Source: Paraphysomonas bandaiensis
Taxonomy: Eukaryota > Protista > Chrysophyceae
Assembly: GCA_965644295.1 (NCBI GenBank)
Contig: CBFFRP010000248.1
Location: 1 to 58,360, forward strand
Direction: 5' to 3'
DNA: 58,360 nucleotides
Positions 9,996 through 22,859 of this stretch are shown in pieces; within the stretch, counting starts at the first letter, position 1, and each line of letters begins with the position of its first letter. The notes beneath the pieces are model-generated. The model was not told the origin of the DNA, did not search any database, and saw nothing but the letters and a program-made list of their open reading frames with translations. Made by a program: the position numbers and the translations under genes.

Positions 9996-11047
9996 AGGAT
10001 CTATTTTTCGACCTAGTCAATTTAGTGGAATTTCCTAGTCACACCAATGTTGGTGTAAAAACCCTTGTGACCCGGTACTGCTCTCGCAAATGTCTCAACA
10101 TAGCAGGAATAGATACCTCTAGAAAATGTGACATAACCGCTCTCTCCTGTATCTGTAGCTTAATAGATCGAAATATTGACTCCGAGGTATTTTTCTGCGG
10201 GGCGTGGCCAGGTATGCCCGGTGCCCCAAAGTTGAATGTACCCCCATTCCACTCCTCAGCGAGGTATACGGAGTTCTGTCAACGACCTCGTTCACCAACA
10301 CGTCCTCCTCTGAGGACTGACTCAAAGAATCCATAACTAACTAGACTTATATATACTAAATTGCATAAAGTGTCTTTTATTATACATCAGATTACTTGCG
10401 GAATGCTTGTTTATAATATGCGCTCCTTCACCCAAGCCACTAATATTTCGGAGCAAGTATCTTGTACAGTCACAATGTTTCAGCTTTGATGCATTAAGCA
10501 AACTGCAAATCCTTTCAAGATGCGATTTGGTTTCCAAACCAGTTGTTTTCAGTGTGTGTAGAGTGGTGTGTAAGAGGTTGTAGCGCGTTGTTGTCATACT
10601 TGTGCCTAATAATTCATAGTTAAATAAGTGATGCTGATAGACCCCCAGAGAGTAAGATTTCATCGATGTTTTCAAAGGTAACTGAAGGACATGCATGAAG
10701 ATTGTGTTGAGAGAAAGAATGGTTTACCAGCCTACTTCAGCATTCAAGAGAGCGATGGAGTCCTGCCTATGCTGCTATATACCGCTCTTTAGCTTTGTTT
10801 TGACCTGATGTATGTTGCATTGGTTCTACTTCACCTGCTATGACCTCATGCTTCTGTAATGCGTAGCTATATATATGCCTGTAATGTCAAGCTATAGGCC
10901 TGTAACGCGTAGCTATATGCGAGTAAAAACTAGGTTTAATACTATATTGGCTAGGCTGAGTCATTTATTGCTTTGACTAGGTTTTTACACCGAAAATAGT
11001 ATGACTAGGAAATTCAACCTAATTGACTAGGTTGAATAATATATCTC
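9996..11047. mobile_element. Mutator-like (MULE) non-autonomous element
   Basis: Imperfect TIRs of ~65 bp (9996-10063 vs 10980-11047, core ACCTAGTCAATT...AATTTCCTAGTCA...GGTGTAAAA). Flanked by a 9-bp near-perfect TSD GACATTCTT / GACATACTT. The right end reads GAGATA on the minus strand. Confidence 0.75.
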
Positions 11048-11602
11048 GACATACTTTCTATGTACTTCTGCGTTATCCACGTCTTTATACCAGCAGGGAT
11101 GGGTAACAAGATATTTCAATACTCTATAAGCGGTCCAACAATATTATTGCAATATATTCGTATCATTAATCAACAGTTGAATGCATGCGTACATGTATAT
11201 TCCATTTTGTGATTGCCTCATGATTACCAAATTCCATATCTTGAATCGTCATGATACGAAACTTCAGTTTCACAGTTGTAGCTATATGTATCTTTGGCTA
11301 TGTATTACTGATTTTCACATTGTATTTAACGTACTATCTACAGAACTATCTTACAGAACAATACGTATTCCAACAGAACAATAGGTGCATCATTGGTTGC
11401 ATCTTTGACTCGCTACATTTCCATCTATTTAATTAGCGAAAATCTGGGCCGCAATAATTACATTATTCGTTCAGTTATAACACGGTAAGTAAATATACTT
11501 CGTATAATCGCAATCATCTCAAAAATAAGGCTTACTTGATTCGTAATCCTGTATTCTAATACTGTAAACTATAAAAACTATTGCATTTCGGTATATAGCA
11601 TT

Positions 11603-14600
11603 TCATGATATATGATCCTTTATAATGTCGTATTCTTCAGAAAGGTGGTTCACAACTGTGCCTGAAACCGCAGCCGCCGACGGCAAAGTAGACGTCATGG
11701 CTTTCGCCACGAGTTGTGTAGTATTCTCCGCCTCTTCAAATTCCTTCTCCGCATCAAGCCTCTCCCTCTCGTCCAAATGCTCTCCTTCATCGTCCATGAG
11801 CACGTGCTGTAAATTGTCTATGGTCCGAATGCTTTTCCACAACTTATTGTAGACATCTTTGAGCACGGCATCATCTTGTATCACATTTACCTGTGTTCCT
11901 TTCAGTAATGAAAATGATAAGTTTTTAGTCTTACAGTGTGATTTATATTCATATTAAGTCGATCTTCCTTCGTGAGGTCGTGTGATGCAGTGTCAACGTA
12001 CTCGAACTCTTCGTCTGTATCGGAGGAATATCCTGATATATGCGCCCCTACTTCCTTGCTTGTGTAATGATTCTTAGGCATCTGGGCATCTACAACACGT
12101 GCTGCTACACTCAGCTTCGTGATTTGCATCTTATAGACCCTCTCCTCCATGGTATTAGCCGCTACCAGTCTTTGTGAGAAAGTACGCATATAAATTAGGA
12201 CAGTAATTTGAATTAATGAAGTCATGGAGCCTCCTACCGGTATATAAATGTGGGCTTCAATTGACCATATCTATAGCACCGATATATAGCCTGGAGGTCA
12301 TTGACAGGGTTCCTACAAGTTCAATGAAGAGGATATCAGAGTATATAGCTTCAAACACACCAACACGTGTCGAAAATGATAACTCGGTTAGCAGACGGTA
12401 GATTAATACCCATGTTTCCCGCCATGGTAGATATCAAAAAGAGCTGACAGTGGGATGACCTACACATTTGTAAAATTGATATGTTCGAATACGAGATCTT
12501 ACTCATTAAACTTCTTTATAATGTCCTGTCGCTTTGACGACTGAACACTTCCGTCGAGTCTCTGAAAAACAAATAAAAACACACAAGTCAAAGTTTCAGC
12601 ACACAAGCTCTACATTACAATTACCATGTACTGATTGCCTCTACTCCAAAATCGCCTGGCCAACATCTCTCCATCACATGTCGCATGACAGCAGAGAGAT
12701 TGCCCATCTCTAAGAGCAGACCTTGACTGATTTATTGTATCCACTGTAGCCCCCCAGTCAAGACTCAGTATCGATTCCAGTACATCCAGCGCAACAAGAC
12801 TCTGCAGAAACCGTGAAAGCATAAATACACTGCTACATGCCCACACAACTCACACCTGACTAAACAGTACGACTTTGTCTCCAATAGATATGCAGTTAGA
12901 CAAAATGGAAAGAAAAGCGATCACCTATACAGAAATTAAAATTAACAATGTGATTTGAAATGGGGGCGATTGCCTTGTTTCCAGACTCTAGTAACTCATG
13001 TTCTGAATAATTTACGTCCGAGGATTCGTTGGTGTCGCTCCTCCACCAATCATCCGCTCCCTCACCGGTATCCTCCATATTTTCGTCCACTTCACCGAGA
13101 TTATTTTCATAATCATACATGCTCGCTGCTCTCTCTTCTTCCCATTCGCTTGTAAGGGTCGATGAATTACCCAACTGATACTCATTATCAATCCCTTCAA
13201 GCAGTTGCATATCAGTGGTCGCAGCATCAGTTGGGGAAACTTTCTCAGAGCTCTTTTCAACCTTTATAGCATATGAAACAAGCTTGATTGATAATAATAC
13301 ACTCACAGAAGAACAAATAAACTTAGCATACACAGGGCGTAGATAATCAACCGCAGTAGACAACTTCTTTATTGCCTGTCAAAAAAACTTATATAGCTTA
13401 TTCAACAATACAATGAGAAACCTCTATTTCGCCAGTTTTAAAGTGTTGGAGATTAAAAGGAAGACATGCGGGGTGGTCCCACACTCTCATACCTCTCTTA
13501 AAAGCCTTCAAAGAAACAAATAATCACATAACACTATAGTAAGATTATACACTAACTTCAAACTGCCTTAGTGGCCCATTCATTAAAGTGTTAATGGATA
13601 TTTTGTACAAATACTTTTGGAACGGTGTCAACCGTATGAAAATCGCATATTCCCTATATGTAACATTTAACCCCGGGACTACTAATTTCGGGATAATACC
13701 TCTTCGGCTTCAGGTATGCGGTAAGTACAGTTTCGTTTCGTCGAGCTATTATACTCTGAAGTTTTTTATTTAATACGTGACTCTTGCGTTTCATTATCTT
13801 CCTAGCTTCATCGCTCGCATCTTTGGCTCCACCATTCTGAAACCAAATTTTAGAAGCTACAAAAGAACTTCACAAGGGAGATTTGAGAATTGGCCTACCC
13901 GAATAGGGGTTACGAATTCGGACTCAAATTTTTTCCAGCCCCTGAGGTATTTAGGACAAACGAATTCTACCATTGAGAAAAGCTCACGCAGATTGTTTTG
14001 TATTGGCGATCCCGTCAGACAAATTCGTCTTCTAGTGCGAATGTTGCTAAGATGTTTAAATAAACGACTATCTACTTTCTTCACATGATGTGCCTCATCA
14101 AATACAACGACGTCAGGGCCTATGACGATAAGTAACAACCAGAGTTGACAAAATAATTCTATTCCACCTGGATTATTCAGATATTTCAGAACTTCTTCCG
14201 CATAGTTTGGTGCCAATGAAAACTCAGTATCACCGGTCCGTGCTGTGTTCTGGGCCTTTTCGGCATGATCGAGTAATTTACAAAACAGGTCCTTTCCAAC
14301 TATGAGAACACTTGAAGTTGACATGAACCACTTCTTCAACAATTGATATCTACATTAAAATTTATATGACCCAAGGACAGAGTTTTTATCAAACCTTTCT
14401 TTTGGGGAAACGGATGAAGTAAGTAAGAATACTTTCACTTTGTCCTTGATGTTATAGGGCATCCACTTCATATATTCCAGCCTCCAGTTCGCAACAACAT
14501 TCACAGGAGCAAGGATGAGTATCCTGAAATCACTTGAGTATGAGTATAGTTACCATATCACTTACCTCTGAATGAGGGGCGCTGTGTTCGATCGGGACGG

Positions 14601-17365
14601 CTTTTTTATGCGACGTAGGAGCGGGTCCGTCAAGAGAGTCGAGGTGAAGGCCACCGTCTACAATACATAGTAAACAACTAATATCAATGATTTCTGGCAG
14701 CATCGCACCGACAAAGACTTTCCTGGTGCAACATCGAGTTACAACAAAATATTTATGAAGAGAGTGCAACTTTCACCTGAACCCATGCAGTGGGCGATAA
14801 TGCAGCCGCTTCCATCAGGTGGATCTGAAAGAGTTATGTCCTCAGTGCATTCTGCTTTGACCTTCTCATTACTATATTTTATAAAACCTGTAGAAAAAAT
14901 CTCTGACATAGTGGTCCTCCACATCAAACTCACCGCTTCCTTCTGATGCTCCATTAATTTAGTAGAAAAAAAATTGTGCAGATAAATCGGGGGGGCGGGT
15001 TTTATGCTCAGACTTACGCCTGTAGGTATTAATTACTGTCAGGATTATCAGTACTTGTTCTACGTACGCTGCGTGCCAGGTGGTATGAGACTCATAGCAT
15101 CAGAATCAGGGTAAAAATTTACACTTAATGTGGTGTCTGAAGAATCACTATCACATAGATCTATGGGGTCTTCGAACGATCCAGTGGAATGCTGTGGTCG
15201 GCCCTGTAAATACATATTCACCTTTCCATCTTCATCTTTATGTAACTCCATGTGAAGCCCCTCGTCAGTGTCGTCCCTCTCTGTAGGTTTCTGTTCATTT
15301 GCAGCGCCTTGCTCGCAAGCATCCGGTGGGGCAATAGGGAGGGGCTCTGAGCTACTGCTGCTGAGTCCCCAACCCTCTAATTTTTTACTCATCCCAAGTC
15401 CATTAGCAACACCATTCTCCTTCTCATACCTCAGCTCTCGACGCCGTTTGTGTTTTAGAATGATGTGTGCAGACATGTTGTCCTCTTCAGAAGCCGCTGA
15501 GCTTTCTGATTTCCTTTTTCTACCAAATGTCCGCCGCCTAGCTACTATCCTTTTTATCATACGATCTTCGTCACGATCCTCTTCATCAGCGTAGGACACC
15601 AGTTGTTCACTCTCTCCTCTTAACAGCTCTTCCATACTGTACGGTGGGTCACAGCGGCTGTACACATATAAATATAGTGAAATTCTGCTTATCGTGCACT
15701 TACGTGGGCGCATTTTCACCAAAGATTTGTGTCTTGTAATTCTCACTAATTCTACGGATATCAGAGGTACTCCCAAAGTCATGAATAGCGTCGATGTCGT
15801 CTATTATATCAAACTTTCTTTTAAGCAACGCCACCTCACTAGGATTTTCCCTAATACGATACTAGTTACACTTCCAGAAATTAATGCTGTCATAAGCTCT
15901 TCATCAGAAATCCAATTCAGTTTACAATATAACATACCACATTACAACATATCTAAAATATATAGCAATATATAGTAGTAAACATACGTCAGAAGCAGAG
16001 CTTTCGCAATAGCGGGATGCAAGTCCATACGCTTATCACTCGTCAACAAGTCAAGACTTAAAGGCAAATAGCGCATCACAATCCGCACTTCCTGTGGCAC
16101 TTCGTACATCTCCTCCAGCATCTGCCTACAACTTAAGTCTTTAATAGAGAGGGCATTTAGTACATCTACTGGAGTCTGTCGTTTGAATGATGGAGGGTAA
16201 ATATCAGTAGGGAGAGTAAAAGGGTACGAAGATATAATGCCTTTGAGGGTGTCATCTGTCGCAGCTATAGCATTTAGTCTATACAGCTTGGCTTTGTCGT
16301 CATGAGACTCCTCTAATTCATCCTCATCATGACAGTAGGTCAGTGAGGATGATGTAGAAATGGCTTTTTGATGAGATGGAAACTTTACACCAGAAGGAAC
16401 GACAGCACGGCTCCATAAACTCTTTAGGAATGTCTCATCTACAGAGCTGTATTTGTCTGTGTCCTCTTGTGGAGATTTCTCATTCTCATGCTTTTCCCAC
16501 AGCTGGTAAAATATGTCAACACATCCACCAATCTCATCTAGATGCTCTTGCAGCTCCTCAACTCTGTACTCTAGCAAAACCATGTATTCTTTCCACAACT
16601 TCTTCAGCTCCTCCGTATCAGAAGCAAACTCCTCCCTGAAAAGAAAAAAAATAGAAAACGTAGTTATACAAGCGGTAAAACTATAGATGAGTCATACTCT
16701 GTTCTAAGGTCCTCAGCACACTGATTTCGTTTCTCAGTTAGCATAGCACTAATAGCATCAGTGTCTAGCATACGGTGACATTCTTTAAGCTTCGTTTCGA
16801 TCGACCAAAGGAGGTTCTCAGTTTCTTCTTTGGATTCAGGAAATTGAGAAGAAGATGAGCACTGATCTAGTATCTCTTGATATTTCAGAAGCGGGGTGGG
16901 GTCGCAACTAAAGCAGTTCCAAGTTGTTGCCTCTATAATCGCATTGAGAGCATCTGAGCCGCAGTGCTGCCGTATACAGTCCTCACAGAAGCTGCAGTTG
17001 CATGAATCACACATCACTAACGTTCCGCCCTGAGCACACCACATGCATTCATCGACCTCGTCGTCTTTGTCGATGATGTCGCTCAAGTGTTTTATCTCAT
17101 CGAAACATTTGGCGCATAGAGGAACAGGAATCACAGGGTGCTCGCAGACCCTCTCGAGACGATCAGCGCACTCATCAAACTTATAGCTGCATATAGTGCA
17201 GTAGATATCCATCTGCAGGTATGTGTATGCGGTGACGGGGCGTGTAAGTGTCGAGCTGATGATCTGAATGGAATTCAGGTGGACTTTTTTTCTGTGTCTC
17301 GACTTCAGTCTGCAGAGTTCAGTCGCAGTGGAGAGCGACTTGGATGCTACTCGTGGTGGTGTCAT
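11603..17365 (-). CDS. ATRX: ATRX-like chromatin remodeler (ADD zinc-finger domain + SNF2 ATPase/helicase C), multi-exon
   Basis: ADD: CTIC...[12 protein letters not shown]...[25 protein letters not shown]...WNCFSC. SNF2 motifs [53 protein letters not shown]...[19 protein letters not shown]. Start and exon limits approximate. Confidence 0.88.
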
Positions 17366-17706
17366 GTACAGCAATGTACAGCCCACCATATCTATGGACT
17401 CGTTCAAATGCTACTGTATACCAGTATGTACAGCAGTATATTCTGGCTGGCCGTCCCGTAGCCGTTAGCCGGCCGTTAGACCGGATCAAGTGAATCCAGA
17501 GTGATATACACACATCTAGCTTATCTCTCGATCTACAAGTCAGTGCGATTGACGAGACGATAGATACTGCTGTGGTGGGTGCGATGCATACATATTCACG
17601 TTCTGCTGACATTCACTGAGTGGAAGACAAAACAACCAAACGACTACCATATCTCTGGTCCCAGGTGAATATCTCTATCGTTTCATTGTGAAGCTTTCTG
17701 TTGCCA

Positions 17707-18805
17707 ATGAATGTATCGGCGACTGTTATTGGTCAATTCGAGGGAGTAGACGTCCATGAAATCAGTGTATGCAATGCTAGTGGTTTCCGAATAACCTGTT
17801 TGTCTTATGGAGCAACAGTTAGCAGTGTTTTATGTCCGGATCGGAGCGGCGTGTTAGATGAAGTCATCTTATGTGCTAATTTTCAAGATCTCTTATCACC
17901 AGACTCTCAAAAGCCCAAGTATGTCGGCACAATAGGACGAGTGTCCAACAGAATCGGCCGCGGAAAATTTTCTATTAATGATGTACAGTATAGTCTTGCC
18001 ACGAATAATGGCGAAAATCACCTTCATGGTGGTTCACGGGGCTTTGATAAGGTTGTGTGGAGCTGGTGCCCTGTCAAGGAAGATCAACGGGCAGGAGTTA
18101 GATTCAGATATCATTCGTATCACATGGAAGAAGGGTATCCTGGAGAAGTTGATGTAAGATTACAGTATGCCTACCTAAAGTGTATCATGTTTTGTATAGG
18201 TGTGTGCAGAGTATTGTATTACTCCAGATAATGAAATGACAATGACTTTTACCGCTGTTCCCAGTCAGTCCACGCCCATCAGCATCACCAACCATGCAAT
18301 GTGGAATCTTAGTGGCGGTTTCACATCAGATATAAAAAATCATACCTTAGAATTATCATGTACACATTATCTACCAGTAGACGATGGGCTTATTCCCACT
18401 GGGGAGGTTGCTGCAGTGGAAGGAACTGTATTCGATATGCGATCTGCTGTGAAGTTGGAGACTATAATTGCCGCTATCGGACATTGTGGCATCAATGGTG
18501 TGGATCACAGTTTCGTCGTTAGTGCCCACGATGTTGACGAGATTCTGCCACATGTGGCAACACTCACTTGTTCCAGCAGTGGAAGACAGCTCGTTGTCAA
18601 CTCTAACCAACCGGCAGTACAGATATATACTGGTAACTTTTTATCAAGTAATTTGGCTGACGCTCCGTTTTGTCAACACTATGGGGTGTGTATTGAAAAC
18701 CAAGCCTATCCTGACGCAGTCAACAAACCACACTTCCCAACAATGATTGTCAATGAGGGTGAAACGTACACACATCATGCCGTGTATAAATTCAGAACCG
18801 TTTAG
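17707..18805 (+). CDS. GALM: Aldose 1-epimerase (galactose mutarotase); intron 18154-18199
   Basis: TIGRVSNRI, NHLHGG, EEGYPG, TNHAMWNL, IPTG, DHSF, QIYTGN, CIENQAYPDAVN. Confidence 0.95.
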
Positions 18806-19980
18806 TTGCTGTAGGTATCTGTCTAGGTAGAATTATGAACTCTCAACACATGCTGTAATCAGTCAAGTATTTAATGTACTACAAAACTGTGTCTCATCGA
18901 TTAAGTCACCTACGATAGGCAACGCACATTACTCGTGCAACTAACCTGATCTGATAAGAAATTGCGCATCGGCTACGTTATACAGTATGGAGTTTATACG
19001 TTTATACCTCGTATTATGATGAATATAGAAAGTGCACCCAGTTGTACACTGTAGTTTTACAATGAGTGCTTGAATATAATGATTGCTCATGTTCGCCTAG
19101 TAAGAAACAATCAACTAATTACTGGCAAGAAGTAAAGGTGGTAATTTTATGACGATTATTGGCTATTGTAATTCAACTTCTAACTACAGTCTCCTCTCAG
19201 TACGCAATTCTTGCAATTGATTTATTCAAAAAATTGGACCAGCTTGACTATTCCGAATTATCTGGAATACAGTGCTGCAAAAACTTATGAGCATACGAGG
19301 GGAACAATTCCAATGCATCACCTGCCAATGACAACAAATATCATAAATCCGAGTAGGACTGGGCCAACCGTATACCCTTGATCTCGGCGCTGTAAGAATA
19401 ATTATACGCAAATGCTTGTAGTCTGCTAAGTTACCGCCGCAACGCCAATCGGCACGTTTCCTCGCCTCGTAATGTTTTGATTATACTTTTCACTCTTCAA
19501 CCTCGTTTGGCGACTGGATGGCTACAATCACAAAAGTCACACACAGTTTACATCATTACGCAATACAACCATTTCTCTTTGATGTGATTGCAAATAGTGG
19601 ATTGTTTCTGGGCGCCAATGCCAATGAACTGATTCGCTTAATGTGAGGCGAGCCTTTGCAGTGAAATTTTATATCGACTGAATTGCAGTGAGACATTCAT
19701 GCACTGCTGTACGTTGTGTATATACGTATATACCGGTATATAGTGGTACAGCAGTACCAGTTGCCTAAGTGTGTAGAAGTACGAATTGGATATAGGTACG
19801 AAGTGGATATACAGCAGTACTCTATATACAGTGTAGTGTGTGTGGAGTTCATGTATATGTCTATAATTCTGTGTAGATGTCTGCATACAGCACAAGCACA
19901 TACACACACTGTGGAGAGGAGAGTATACGATATCTAACGCATGATTGCCCTGTCCTCCCACCGGCTGCTTCTTCTTGATC

Positions 19981-20955
19981 ATGAAAAGAAGGGGGAAGGG
20001 GCCTTCCCATCAGTCCAAGATATGGAGTTACTTGCATAAGGGAGGAGGAAGGGGTCAGAGTCTGTGCGAGTGCCCTGTGTGCGGTGTCAGCGTCATGCAC
20101 AGCCTCATCAACAGCCACGTAGACCTCTGCTTGGCGAAGAAAAATAATACAGAAACAGTGAAAGCGAAGCGCCCGAAACTGTTGGAAGAGTATTTGGGTG
20201 ATGCGGATGGCTCGAGAGTCATATCACGCACTGATGTTCCTGGTTTAGTCATTATATATGAATACATCTCTGAGGAAGTCGAAGATTTGCTTATTCTGCA
20301 AATTGATAGCGATGAACGTACACCTTGGCACTACTCTACTTTCAATGGACACTGTATGTCTAAATCTTATGGAGTGAAAACTTTGTTCGGTCTACCTGAT
20401 GAAGAGCGACGGGTCCGCAAGTTCGACGAATCAAAAGGTAATTGTGCATGCACGACGTGTGTAGAATGTGAAATTTTGTGTTACTGTAGGGGAGTATGAC
20501 GTACCAGCTTTTTTGAGAGAAATTCCGCAACGGCTACCTGCCCTGACTCCATTGCTCAAAAATGCACCGTTGGAGCTGCACACGTTCACTCCTAACGAAT
20601 GTAATTGCAATAGCTATGAAAGTGCTTCTGGACACTACTTAAAGGCACACTTTGACGATAGAGCTTTATCCGGTCCCATACTTATGAACCTCTCTATGGG
20701 GTGCGATGCCCACATGACCTACCACAGCCCTCACGGTGAAGAGATTTCTGTTAGCATTCCTCGCCGGTGAGTTTTATGCGCTGTGTCATTTGGAAGGTGT
20801 ATCATTACGTGTTTAGATCTCTACAGCTCGTCATGGGTCCTTCCAGGTGGACTTATATGCATAGTATTAAAAGTACTGACATATCTGGTCCTCGACGAGT
20901 GTCAGTGACGTGGCGACAGGCTGGTAGCCGGAATTATGGTATTCGTAACAAATAA
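19981..20955 (+). CDS. AlkB-family 2OG-Fe(II) dioxygenase with N-terminal UBZ-type zinc finger (3 exons)
   Basis: UBZ4-like CPVCGVSVMHSLINSHVDLC; HxD motif HFDD; LSMG; PRRSLQLVMGPSRWTYMHSI; RRVSVTWR. Introns at ~20438-20489 and ~20768-20816. Confidence 0.88.
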
Positions 20956-21834
20956 CACAGGTTTCTGTAGTTGCAATCGTGAGATGTACTGAGGTAGGCA
21001 ATGTATATACCCATGACTGTGAAGTTGTAGTTAACCCATCTCCTTTGAAGGCCGTGCAACAAAATGGTGATAACTTCAGGTCGTGAGAAAGAAGCACTAT
21101 TGCCGTTATCAAGGGTATAGACCTCGAAGCGACTTCACTTCATTGCAGTTAATATCAACTATTCTATTGAGCAGGGTTCTACGTTCTGCCAGTAATATAT
21201 TTCTTGTATGTAGTTTTGAAATTTTCGCTTATTCTTTTTCTATACCGCTGTGATACGCACCTTGCTGATTCAGTTGCACAAGAAAGTATGATTGCATAAG
21301 ATCGTGACTATCAAAGATCCGATAATATTGATTGGTAGTTGAAATGATATAAATCTTGTGATAATAAGACATATTGATTATAATTTCACTAATTGATTAT
21401 TGAGGTGGATATGAAAAGCTTGTTTGATCTGGATGATGTTCAGGTACAATTGTACAATTTGATGATTTAGTTCGACAGAACCCTGCCTGGTTTAAAATGC
21501 CACCTGAATGTTTGATACAGATGCTTATATTGTAGATAAAATTTAGATTTCAAAAAGCAGTAGTCAAGAAGAAAGCACAGGGGCGCCGCTATTGAATAAA
21601 ATACTGTACCTGCATACGAAGGTGAATTCGATGAAGAGAAAGATGATGAGGAGGACCCTCAACAAAGTCGGTCTCGCACCTTTCGTGGTGTTCTGGGGGA
21701 GAAGTGCCGGAGATATTGTTCAGGGAAACTAACGTGAGCCGCATATATAGTCAGCAGATGCTTAATGCTTGTATGGTACAAGGGACACTAATTAGTGTCA
21801 CTTGTGTATACGTCTTTGGGCCTTGAAGTGTATA

Positions 21835-21985
21835 AACAGGCATCCGGGAATGTGCCCACCTCAAGGGCATCCGGAGTATTGGGCTGCCTCTACTGAAGTC
21901 AAGCATCCGGGCGGTTCATTTCAAGGGCATCTAGGGTATTGGGCTGCCTGTTGAAGCCAGGCATTCGGGCTGTTTACCTTAAGGA
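21835..21985. repeat. Short GC-rich degenerate tandem repeat (GGCATCCGG core about every 28-30 bp; dimeric ~59-bp unit)
   Basis: TCAAGGGCATC(C/T)(G/A)G..TATTGGGCTGCCT occurs twice, alternating with GAAG(T/C)CA(A/G)GCAT(C/T)CGGGC. Confidence 0.7.
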
Positions 21986-22859
21986 TACAAAAAATCTGAA
22001 GTCAACGGATATAAGGTATAATATTATCATCATTCTGCTTACACACTGCGTTTTTTGTTTTGAGTGATAAAGCAAAAGTAGTTACACGTTGGTGCTTGCG
22101 GTGATGTACAAGCAGTTTTCGTAGTAGAGGTAAATAGTGGAATGTCAGAGCTAAGCACTAGATAGTAAAATTGCTACATTAGTCCTGACTCTTGCACGTC
22201 GATCACTAATCTAATAAGATATTCACTATTATACATGATGAGGAAGATGAGGCCAAACATTTAATTAAGGATAGCACTCATCAATCTTCTATCACGATAT
22301 CATGCACGAAGTATTTGCATAGCACTGTCAATGTTTATGATAGGTTGTTTAACAGTGTTGTGCTAAGATTGCTATGACTGATTTATGCTAGCAAATGGAA
22401 CCTACACACCTTGAAATATTCTGTCGGGAAATCGGCATCATTGGGATGAGATTGTCTTACAAAAGCCTATACAATAAAGAAATAGAATTGAAGGTAATTA
22501 ATTGTTACACTCAAGCCTGATTCATAAAACTATACAATAGATCAATAGATACATATACATCGCTACAAGTAAGGCATTAAATTGCTAAATGCTCTATGAT
22601 AAAGGAAAAGAACTACTACAGTGTACAAAATTTGATCGGACAACGAAAATATCCATTGTTTGTATAAGCAACTAAAAGCTGTATGTCTAAGATATTTTAA
22701 TTTTGACCGTTACTTGAAGAATACAATGGTGGAAAACAGTATATTATTATATTATATTTTATAAACTAATGGTATGATAGGAATTATATTAGTGAACTGA
22801 TAATATTATATTGGCTGTGTCTACTATTATATATATGTAAGATCTGATAATATATGAGT

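Noticed and set aside
19226-19560. Possible transposase relic on the minus strand
   Set aside because: Only vague resemblance, multiple stops and no termini.
21400-21740. Possible small gene with ~27-nt introns and an acidic/basic peptide (weak Y14/RBM8-like impression)
   Set aside because: In-frame stop, no RRM follows, and the splice sites are speculative.
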